DNA from: Sulfurimonadaceae bacterium
GTDB lineage: Bacteria > Campylobacterota > Campylobacteria > Campylobacterales > Sulfurimonadaceae
Reading direction: 5' to 3'
Length of the DNA stretch: 17,940 nt
Assembly (NCBI GenBank): GCA_041562555.1
Contig: JBFEXS010000034.1
Location: 1-17,940 of the forward strand
The notes below the pieces were generated by a model. It saw only the letters and a program-made list of their open reading frames with translations, was not told the origin of the DNA and made no database searches. Position numbers and translations under genes: made by a program. Below are positions 1 to 8,641 of this stretch, in pieces. Positions within the stretch are counted from its first letter, which is position 1. Each line of letters starts with the position of its first letter.

Positions 1-1
1 A

Positions 2-178
2 ATTGACGAAGAGGTCAAAGAGAAGATCTTTGAGCCCTATTTTTCTACAAAGTCCCACCAGGGAACAGGCCTGGGTCTGTATATGTCAAAGATGATCATT
101 CAAGAGCATATGCACGGCAGGTTAGAGGTCGAATCACTTGAGAAAGGGACACGGTTTATTCTCTCGATACCCCATTGA
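2..178 (+). CDS. Sensor histidine kinase, C-terminal HATPase_c fragment (5' end outside window)
   Basis: Manual translation from base 2 gives IDEEVKEKIFEPYFSTKSHQGTGLGLYMSKMIIQEHMHGRLEVESLEKGTRFILSIPH*, with F box (IFEPYFSTK) and G2 box (GTGLGL). TGA at 176-178. Confidence 0.93.
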   Translation: MDEEVKEKIFEPYFSTKSHQGTGLGLYMSKMIIQEHMHGRLEVESLEKGTRFILSIPH

Positions 179-236
179 GCGTTCTGGTGTCAGAAGAGCA
201 TTGGAGACAAACGAAGATAGCCTATGAGCAGCTCTT

Positions 237-926
237 TTATTTCTCATAGACCTTCAGTTTATATCCGACGCCGGAGATGTTCTCCAGTGCATCATCCGGC
301 AGTTTCTTACGCAAGGCTCTGACCAGAGAGCGGATGGCATCTGAGCTCATACCTTCATAGGGCCATACCTGTGCTTCGATCTCTTCATAGGTGACGACAC
401 GGGAGGTGTTGAAGGCAAGCAGATCCAGGAAAAGAAGTTCGTTCTTGGTAAGCTTGATTTTGTTTCCATCACACAATATCTCTTTGGAAAAGGCATTATA
501 GTAACACTCTTTAGAAAGAGGAAGGGAGAACTTGCTTTTATCTTCCATGCGTTCGATGGAAAGTTCCAGGGCATCCATGAGTTTCTCTTTGGTGATAGGC
601 TTGATAATATATTTCACCAGCTGAAGCTCAACGGCTTTAAGAAGATACTCCTGATCGGTATAGGCAGTAGCGACGATGATAGGTGTCTTCAGGTCTTCAG
701 AACGTATATAGCGTGCCATATCGATACCGTTCATCTTGGGCATGGAGATATCGGTGATGATGATATCGGGTTTTTCATCTCTCCATACGCTCAGTGCCTC
801 CTTCCCGTTTTTGGCTTCAAAGACCTGTTTACATAGACGGCTGAGATACTCCAGCGCTACTTTACGGACGTCATCATCATCTTCTACGTATAAAATCGTA
901 TAGTTTTTTAAAATCTCTTTGTTCAT
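237..926 (-). CDS. OmpR/PhoB-family response regulator (REC + winged helix)
   Basis: ILYVEDD acidic pocket, phosphoacceptor IITDISMP, YIIKP, C-terminal AIRSLVRALRKKL...GVGYKL. Convergent with the kinase at 2..178. Confidence 0.95.
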   Translation of the reverse strand: MNKEILKNYTILYVEDDDDVRKVALEYLSRLCKQVFEAKNGKEALSVWRDEKPDIIITDISMPKMNGIDMARYIRSEDLKTPIIVATAYTDQEYLLKAVELQLVKYIIKPITKEKLMDALELSIERMEDKSKFSLPLSKECYYNAFSKEILCDGNKIKLTKNELLFLDLLAFNTSRVVTYEEIEAQVWPYEGMSSDAIRSLVRALRKKLPDDALENISGVGYKLKVYEK

Positions 927-953
927 CTTGTGTCCTAGCGGTTTATAGAGTGC

Positions 954-961
954 ATTATAGC
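954..961 (-). promoter_or_regulatory. Sigma70-type -10 element for the 237..926 regulator
   Basis: Minus strand reads (TG)GCTATAAT, with TATAAT at 959..954, about 28 nt upstream of the ATG. Confidence 0.6.
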
Positions 962-1051
962 CAAAGATAGTCTCAAGAAAGAGAGCAAACCCTTAGGTAG
1001 TTGAAGACAAAGGCAAAATAAAACCCATAGACAGGTTTAAAAAAAGTTGTG

Positions 1052-1057
1052 TACAAT
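1052..1057 (+). promoter_or_regulatory. Candidate -10 element for the regulator-kinase operon
   Basis: TACAAT downstream of an A-tract, followed by an AGAGGT SD-like sequence before ATG 1081. Confidence 0.45.
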
Positions 1058-1080
1058 TATAGATATCAGAGGTAGATAAT

Positions 1081-1731
1081 ATGAGAATTTTAATGCTAGA
1101 AGATGACCGGGCCTTGTCGGAATTGGTGGGGACCTATCTCTCTAAAGAGTTCAGGGTGGATCGTGTCTATAATACGAGTGAGGCAAAGGACTATATTGAT
1201 CGTTATGATTATGATGTCGTTTTATTGGATAGGAATATTGACGGGGTCGATGTCGGACTTGAGTTGGTTGATAAGATCAAGACCAAGAACCCTTCGACAG
1301 GTGTGATCGTACTCTCTGCCTACGGTAATGTCTCGGACAAGATTGAGGGTTTGAATGTCGGTGCCGATGATTACCTTGAAAAACCGTTTGATAATGATGA
1401 ACTGTTTGCGCGTATCTATGCTCTTTCACGTCGTAACAATGCACAAGCAACCGTAGAGGTTGATGGCCTGATCTGTGATATGCAGAGCTGTACGGTGAGT
1501 TATCAGGGAGAGAACATAGACCTGAGCAAAAAAGAGTCTGACCTTCTTTTTTATCTTCTAAAAAACAAGAACAAGATCCTTTCAAGTGATGATCTGTTGG
1601 ATGCGCTCTATTTGCACCCTGAAGAACTTGCCTCAAGTACCATCCGTGTTACCATCGCCCATATCCGCAAGAAACTTCCCGTTGAATTGATCAAGACGAT
1701 CAAAACACGGGGATATGTGGTAGAGCTGTAG
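1081..1731 (+). CDS. OmpR/PhoB-family response regulator
   Basis: ILMLEDD, VLLD (phospho-Asp), GADDYLEKPF, IRVTIAHIRKKL...RGY. Its putative cognate kinase starts 8 nt downstream. Confidence 0.95.
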   Translation: MRILMLEDDRALSELVGTYLSKEFRVDRVYNTSEAKDYIDRYDYDVVLLDRNIDGVDVGLELVDKIKTKNPSTGVIVLSAYGNVSDKIEGLNVGADDYLEKPFDNDELFARIYALSRRNNAQATVEVDGLICDMQSCTVSYQGENIDLSKKESDLLFYLLKNKNKILSSDDLLDALYLHPEELASSTIRVTIAHIRKKLPVELIKTIKTRGYVVEL

Positions 1732-1739
1732 GAGTATAT

Positions 1740-2960
1740 ATGAAGAGTATGCAGACCAATATCATCATTTTTTTTGTACTGAGTGCGCTTTTGGCCATGA
1801 GTTTGACCCTTCTTTATGTCTCCTACAACTACAAGCAGCAGCTTGAAGCAGATGTGCGAGGCTCGTTATATCTGATCCTATCGGATATCAAACATGAGCA
1901 TCTGGCAAACGATGGACATCACGCCAAACTGGATTTTTTTCATGATGAACTCAAAGAAACCGCATTCAGCAAACTTTTGATGGATCTGAATACCCAGATC
2001 GTAGAGAAGTTGCCTGATAACGGTGAGACAGATCTCATCGTCTATTCCAAGCTTGAGGATGGTTCATATCTGTATATATCCTGCTCGAAAGAACCTCTGA
2101 ACGATGAGGTGATAAACTTTATTCTCAAGACTCTGGCCGTCTTTATAGTGATCTTTATCCTGATGCTGACTATGTTTACCCTGTTTGTGAATCGCCAGTT
2201 TAGATCCCTTCACTGCCTTGTCGATTTCTGTAGTTCATATCAGGAGGATAAGGAGCGTGTCCCTGTTTGTGATGGGACGTATGAGGTCAAAAACCTGCGC
2301 AACGCGATCTTGACCTTGATAGATACCAATGATTACCTTTGTGATCAAAAACAGGAGTTGTTCAAAGAGGCAGCCCATGAATTGAAATCACCTATCGCCG
2401 TGTTAAAGGCACGTCTCTCACTCTTTGGAAGTGACGCAACAATGGATAAGAATATCTTTATTCAAGAGTCACAGGAAGACATCAGTAATATCACTTCAAA
2501 GCTGAAAGAACTTATCTTCTTAAAGTCAATCGAATGGGACATGCAGTTGCCTCGTGAAGATGTGAATATGGAGGATAACTGTAAATTGATGCAAGACGCC
2601 TTCGAACCTATCTTACGTAAGAAATCGGTTCAGGTGGAGTCTAACTGGGAGGAGAGCTTTATCATCCACACCTATAAAGATGCGATGCAAAAAGTCTTGC
2701 AGGCTGTATTTGAGAATATCTTTATTCATACCAAACAGAACTCTGTCATTGTCGTCCAGGCCAAACCCAATGAGATCTTTATCAAGAACGAGATCGGCGG
2801 AGGGGATGATATTCCGCTTTTCTCATCGTATATCGGGATCAAGATGATCGAGCGGCTCTCTTCGAAATTGGGGTATGAATATAAATCCTCGTCAGATGAA
2901 AGGTACTTTTATACCCGCCTTATCTTTCATTCCATGCAGGGAGACAGGTGTAATATATGA
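1740..2960 (+). CDS. Membrane sensor histidine kinase-like protein with degenerate ATPase domain
   Basis: Two hydrophobic helices flank a periplasmic segment. H box AAHELKSPIAVL is intact; N/G1/G2 boxes are divergent (FENIFIH, IKNEIG, SSYIGI). GGAG SD upstream. Confidence 0.88.
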   Translation: MKSMQTNIIIFFVLSALLAMSLTLLYVSYNYKQQLEADVRGSLYLILSDIKHEHLANDGHHAKLDFFHDELKETAFSKLLMDLNTQIVEKLPDNGETDLIVYSKLEDGSYLYISCSKEPLNDEVINFILKTLAVFIVIFILMLTMFTLFVNRQFRSLHCLVDFCSSYQEDKERVPVCDGTYEVKNLRNAILTLIDTNDYLCDQKQELFKEAAHELKSPIAVLKARLSLFGSDATMDKNIFIQESQEDISNITSKLKELIFLKSIEWDMQLPREDVNMEDNCKLMQDAFEPILRKKSVQVESNWEESFIIHTYKDAMQKVLQAVFENIFIHTKQNSVIVVQAKPNEIFIKNEIGGGDDIPLFSSYIGIKMIERLSSKLGYEYKSSSDERYFYTRLIFHSMQGDRCNI

Positions 2961-3160
2961 AATTTTTGACGCAGTTTTATTATGAAAAGACCTGGTCCAA
3001 GGTCTCTTCTAAAGAGGTTCGTAGATTGATCCAAGAAGAGTTTCCTGATGTACCTGCAGATGCGACATATGAATATGTGGAGTCAGAATGTAAAAAAGGG
3101 AAGACCATAGCGATCGGGGAATGTCGTTTCAAAGCGGATACGGAGGAAGCGGGCGAATGA
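2957..3160 (+). CDS. Small hypothetical protein (67 aa)
   Basis: ATGA start/stop overlap with the kinase gene, purine-rich SD-like sequence upstream, fills otherwise non-coding space. Confidence 0.75.
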   Translation: MKFLTQFYYEKTWSKVSSKEVRRLIQEEFPDVPADATYEYVESECKKGKTIAIGECRFKADTEEAGE

Positions 3161-3243
3161 GATGTGAAATAATCAAAAGAAGGGAATTGTCTTCAGTATT
3201 AGTCTCTTTATGCCGTTTGTCTATTTTTTAAGAAGCAACTCCC

Positions 3244-3249
3244 TATAAT
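3244..3249 (+). promoter_or_regulatory. -10 element of adk
   Basis: Perfect TATAAT about 70 nt upstream of the ATG with T-tracts further upstream; AGGA SD at 3309-3312. Confidence 0.6.
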
Positions 3250-3267
3250 TCCGATATTAAAACTTGA

Positions 3268-3966
<699 letters not shown>

Positions 3967-4014
3967 CTTTTCAAAGCGAAGACCTCTTCAAGTACCTAAG
4001 TACTCCTTTAGAGA

Positions 4015-4032
4015 AGTCAGCTTAGGCTGACT
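4015..4032. terminator. Hairpin between convergent adk and hybrid kinase; possible terminator
   Basis: AGTCAGC-TTAG-GCTGACT perfect 7-bp stem, followed by TCTCT on the minus strand. No strong U-tract. Confidence 0.45.
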
Positions 4033-4039
4033 CAACATA

Positions 4040-7000
4040 TCAATTATCTTCTTTCTTTAACCATTTTAATAACATCTTTTCGAGTGCATCAGGGTGAATA
4101 GGTTTGCTCAGATAGTCATCCATCCCAGAAGTGATACAGTGCTCTTTATCCCCCTTCATAGCATTGGCGGTCATTGCTACGATAGGTATCGTGCGATTGG
4201 CTTCACCGGCTTTTCCTTCCCGAATGGCTTCAGCAGCCCCATACCCATCAAGGACAGGCATCTGGCAGTCCATTAATACAAGGGTATAAGGCTTGCTTTT
4301 GAGTGCTTTTCTTAGGGCAATAAGACACTCCTCTCCATTACCTGCAATATCTGCTTGCAGGCCAAAGTTTTCCAGTATCCCATTGGCGACGATCTGGTTG
4401 GTCATATTGTCTTCTACGAGGAGAAGACGGGTCTTTTCAGGCCATGGGCTTACCGTCTGCGATTCACTCATTACATGCAGTGTGTCTATAGTCGAAAAAT
4501 TGTCACCATTCTCCATCCCCCCGGGATTATCCACAAGGACATTCAATGCACTGAAAAGGTCTTGCGTCGTAGTCGGTTTTGGAAAGTAAGCACCAAAGCC
4601 GATATCAGCAAACTCCAAATAATCCTCCCGTGAATTGAGCGAGGTCATCATCACCAACTTCACATGGGTGCATTCAGGCATATTTTTGATTCTACGCCCA
4701 AGTTCTGTACCGTCTATCTGTGGCATGTGCATATCTACCAAGAGGATATCAAAACCATTTTCATTTGTCGAAGAGTAGGTCTGCTCAAGCGTTTCAAGAG
4801 CACTTATACCATCTTCAGCTTCTGTGACTATCATTCCCCAACATTCCAGTTGGGTCTTAAGTACTTTTCGATTAAGAGGGTTGTCATCAATGATAAGGAC
4901 TTTCTTGTCTTTTACATCTATATCTGGAAAAACAATATTCGTCTTTTCCCCGATGCGAAGCGGTATGTCGAAATGGAAGGTTGATCCTTCACCTGAGATA
5001 CTTTCTACCTGTATGGAACCGCCCATAAGTTCAACCAGTCTTTTTGCGATGGAGAGTCCCAGACCGGTACCACCATATTCACGGGTCGTAGATGCATCTA
5101 CCTGGGTAAAGGAGTCAAAAAGTGTTGATAGCTTCTCTTCAGGTATACCGATACCGGTATCTTTGATACTGACAAAGAGTCTTCCTTCATGATCATTTTC
5201 CTGAAGGAGTTTACAGGTGATGAGGATCTCTCCCTGATGGGTGAATTTGATTGCATTCCCGACAATATTACCCATGATCTGTCGCAGTCTTCCCGGGTCG
5301 GTGATGACCCGGGATTGTTCTATCTCATGCACATCCAGAATAAGCTCGAGATCTTTTTCCTGGGCTCGTACCGCAATGGCCTCAGCAAAATCACCCAGTT
5401 CATCCCGAAGGTTGAACTCAAGCTCTTCGAGTTCGATTTTTCCCGCTTCAACCTTTGAAAAATCCAAGATATCGTTGATGATAACAAGGAGAGATTGGGC
5501 ACTGGACTCGGCAAGATGTAACTGATGTTTTTGATTTTCTGTAAGTTCAGAGTTCTTCAAAAGTCCCAGCATTCCCAAAATCCCGTTCATTGGCGTACGG
5601 ATTTCATGGGACATGGAAGCCAAAAACTCGGCCTTGGCCTTTGCTCCGGCTTCTGCATCTTCTTTCGCCTGAATCAGTTTCACTTCGTTCTCTTTTTGGG
5701 AGGTGATGTCCGTTCGGATTGCGATATAGGAAGTAGGTTTTCGATTCTCATCCATGAATGGGACGATGGTTGTATCTACCCAGTAAAAGTGCCCGTCTTT
5801 TGAACGGTTCTTGATGGTGTTGTGCCATACATTTCCTTTAGAGATTGTACGATACATCTCCTTCCAAAAGGTCTCGGACTGCTCATCTGTTTTTAGTATT
5901 CTGTGGTTTTGTCCGATAAGCTCCTCTTTGGAGTAACCGCTTATCTGTTCAAACTTCTTATTCACATAGGTGATCGTCCCCTGGATATCAGTGATGGCAA
6001 TAATGGAGTGCGCATCCAGCGCATATTTTTGTTCCTTCAGAGCGTTGAGGGCCTGCTGGGTCTCTTTGGTCTGTTTGAGAAGCGATGCTTCCTTGGACAT
6101 AAGAGTGTCGAGCATATTGTTGAAGGCTGTGGCAAGAGTACCGATTTCATTCTTCTCCTGTATATCTACAGTGATGTGTTTGTCGCCTTTGTCGATAGCT
6201 TCAGAGGCATCTGTCAATATTAGAATCGGTCGGGTGATCTTTTTAGAGATGAAGTATGCGGAAAAGATGACAATAAGAAGTGCTATCAATGCGATATAAA
6301 AAATCTTATAGGCAAGTTGATAGGAGGTCGCAAGAACTTGGTCTTTGTTCATCTCGGAGATAAGTACCCACTTGACATCAAGGATCTCTATAGGGTGGTG
6401 CTTGCCAATCACCTCTATGCCGTCTGGACCATCATAAAATCGGATATCCTCGTCATGGGAATGCATGTGATTAAAGATATGTTCTTGTTGATAGTGCTCT
6501 GTTTGGAGCGTTTTAACCTGGCGTACCAAAATATCACGTTCATCTCCCATGGAAGTCCTTAGCTTAAGGTCCTCACCTCCTAAGAGATAGTGTATGGCAT
6601 TATGGCCGGTTTTATTGATATCTTTAAAGGGCATAGAAATTCGATCAGGTTTTATTTGAATGGCCAAGATGCCAATGACCTTTTTTGAACCATCACGGAT
6701 AGGCGTTGTAAAAAAACCATAGACCCCATTGTTGGAGGGAGCATAGCGTTCAAGATCAGAGAAATGGGTCTGGCCTTCTTTTAGGCTTTTTTGAACACTG
6801 GCAGCAAAGCGTGTTGAAGCATATTTACCGTGAAATAGATTTGTGCCTAGGTCATCTTCTTTTGTAATGGTATATAGGATGTTTCCCAATGTTTCGATGA
6901 TAAACAGGTCGTAAATATAGTGATAAAAGAGGATCTCGTTGATCAAGTCGTGTTCATGTCTTTTTACTGCTTTTATATACGCAGGAGTATGAAGAAATGT

Positions 7001-7260
7001 TTTGAGCTCTTGTGTCGAAGGATCAAAGATAGTGTTTAGTTCTTGCATAAATGAAAGTGTATTCTGAGATGAGGCCCATGATTTGGCATCCGTTTCACGA
7101 TAATGAAACCAGTTGTCTATGAAATCGACATATGAGGCGGATGTATGTTCCAATTCATCAGAAACAGATGTATAGAGATAACAGGAACTAAAGAGAGAAT
7201 AAGGAGCCATTTTAAAAGTGTTGTTGCAATGGATTTTGACCACTTTATTTTGCTTGTCAT
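4040..7260 (-). pseudogene. Hybrid sensor histidine kinase (periplasmic Cache-like, TM, HAMP, PAS, HisKA, HATPase, 2 REC), frameshifted near the 5' end
   Basis: The main frame 7243..4040 has SMSHEIRTPMN, GNAIKFT, DTGIG, GGTGLGL and two receivers (LLVDMHMP, VLMDCQMP) but lacks TM1. TM1 (MTSKIKWSKSIATTLLKWLLILSLVPVI) lies in another frame from ATG 7260 with an AAGG SD, and that frame stops at 7117. Span 7260..4040 is 3221 nt, not a multiple of 3. Confidence 0.8.
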
Positions 7261-7307
7261 TATTGACCTTAGTCCGTATTTACACACAATAGATTGCATT
7301 AAATTAT

Positions 7308-7316
7308 ATTATATCA
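7308..7316 (-). promoter_or_regulatory. Extended -10 promoter of the hybrid kinase
   Basis: Minus strand TGATATAAT is a perfect TGnTATAAT, about 48 nt upstream of ATG 7260. Confidence 0.7.
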
Positions 7317-7343
7317 CGCAAAGGTATGACTTAAATATTTATG

Positions 7344-7955
7344 TTAATCTTTTGTGAGGACCTTCTTGATCTGCCCCTCCCAGACCGTATAGGCTTTTGA
7401 AGTAAGATGTATACCGTCACTGGTGAATTGCCTGTCTAGGCCTGTTTCGGAGCTATTAAGGAAGAGTGGATAAAGATCGATAAAGCTGATATCATGTTTT
7501 TTCACTTCTTCTTTCAACCAGCGGTTGAGTGTTCGGATCTGTTGATTGATCGTCTTTGTCTGTTTGTCATCTATCACTGGCAGTAAGGACAACAGGTAGA
7601 CTTTTTGGTCTGAAGTGAAGCTCTTAAAGATCTTCATGTAGTTTTTTTGTATGGTGATCAGGGGGAGTTGATTGAGAATATCATTGACACCGATCATCAG
7701 TACGATGGTATCTGCTGAATGTGTCTGATGTATACGTCTTAATACTCCCGCAGTAGTATCACCGTCTATTCCCATATTGGCCGCTTTGAATCCGGACCAG
7801 TTATGACGCATGGTCAAAGAGTCACCTAAAAAGACACGTTTGGTATTACTCATCTGTTCAAACTCCTGAAGTTTATACGCATAAAAGCTTTGGTAGGGTG
7901 AAGCGTCTGCGACAAAGCCGCAGAAAAAAAGGCTAAGGGTGAGGAACTTTAACAT
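7344..7955 (-). CDS. Exported SGNH/GDSL-family esterase/lipase
   Basis: Signal-peptide-like N terminus; blocks FLGDSLT, GIDGDTT, MIGVND and DGIH (DxxH). Overlaps the upstream gene by 23 nt. Confidence 0.92.
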   Translation of the reverse strand: MLKFLTLSLFFCGFVADASPYQSFYAYKLQEFEQMSNTKRVFLGDSLTMRHNWSGFKAANMGIDGDTTAGVLRRIHQTHSADTIVLMIGVNDILNQLPLITIQKNYMKIFKSFTSDQKVYLLSLLPVIDDKQTKTINQQIRTLNRWLKEEVKKHDISFIDLYPLFLNSSETGLDRQFTSDGIHLTSKAYTVWEGQIKKVLTKD

Positions 7956-8487
7956 TGGAGTTGAGTAAAAAACCGATCAAGACCATCAAGGCCAAAACCC
8001 CATAGGCTGGAAGCGCCAAATAGACATTTGCCAAAAAGACCAACCATAATAGGATCGCTCCCAAAGGGGTGGGTACTCCGGTGAAGAACTTCTCAGCTTC
8101 ACCGGGGTCTGCAGCAATATTGAACTGTATCAGGCGTCGAAGACCGGAGATGACATAGTAGATAGACCCAATACCGGCAAGTACCATCATAAGTATCGGG
8201 GTCCCCTGAAATACGGCTTCAAAGATCAAAAAGGTAGGCATCAGTACAAAGGTCAGGAAGTCAGCAAAAGAGTCCAGTTGAATACCAAACTCATTGGAAA
8301 GATTATATTTGCGTGCGATCTTTCCGTCGATGATGTCAAATGCTCCTCCCAGCCATGCAAGGACAACCGCGACAAAGAAGTTTTGTTGGGTGATGAAATA
8401 GACAGCTAAAAGACCAAAGGTGATATTTCCCATGGTAATAAGATTAGCCAGATTGAAGTGACTTTTCGCAGAGTATAAAAATTGCAT
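7933..8487 (-). CDS. CDP-alcohol phosphatidyltransferase, PssA-like
   Basis: Family signature DIIDGKIARKYNLSNEFGIQLDSFAD, N-terminal ANLITMGN, and FTGVPTP motif typical of subclass II phosphatidylserine synthases. Substrate is not certain. Confidence 0.88.
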   Translation of the reverse strand: MQFLYSAKSHFNLANLITMGNITFGLLAVYFITQQNFFVAVVLAWLGGAFDIIDGKIARKYNLSNEFGIQLDSFADFLTFVLMPTFLIFEAVFQGTPILMMVLAGIGSIYYVISGLRRLIQFNIAADPGEAEKFFTGVPTPLGAILLWLVFLANVYLALPAYGVLALMVLIGFLLNSNVKVPHP

Positions 8488-8531
8488 TTACAGTGTGCCT
8501 TAGTGAAAAATAGATCATTAAATGAAGCGGT

Positions 8532-8539
8532 ATTATAGC
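8532..8539 (-). promoter_or_regulatory. -10 element for the phosphatidyltransferase-GDSL operon
   Basis: Minus strand GCTATAAT, with TATAAT at 8537..8532, about 45 nt upstream of the ATG. Confidence 0.6.
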
Positions 8540-8582
8540 TAGTCTGAACTTAAGTGTTTTAGATACGTATAACAAATATTAA

Positions 8583-8611
8583 TTGACTATTCCAGATTAT
8601 TTTGATATTCT
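8583..8611 (+). promoter_or_regulatory. Sigma70 promoter of the porin-MCP operon
   Basis: TTGACT (8583-8588), 17-nt spacer, TATTCT (8606-8611) with extended TG at 8603-8604. AAGGA SD before ATG 8642. Confidence 0.65.
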
Positions 8612-8641
8612 AGTTTCTAGCTTAATATAAGGATATATAAT

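Noticed and set aside
1768..1775. T8 tract near the start of the atypical kinase as a phase-variation switch
   Set aside because: The frame is intact, T-runs are expected in Phe/Ile-rich TM codons, and contingency tracts in this group are typically longer or poly-G/C.
3229..3257. Sigma28-like TAAG...CCGATAT upstream of adk
   Set aside because: The spacer is longer than the canonical 15 nt, and a perfect TATAAT explains the promoter.
4094..6562. Many plus-strand ORFs of 60-122 aa opposite the hybrid kinase
   Set aside because: Antisense shadows of a long, well-supported gene, with no recognisable motifs.
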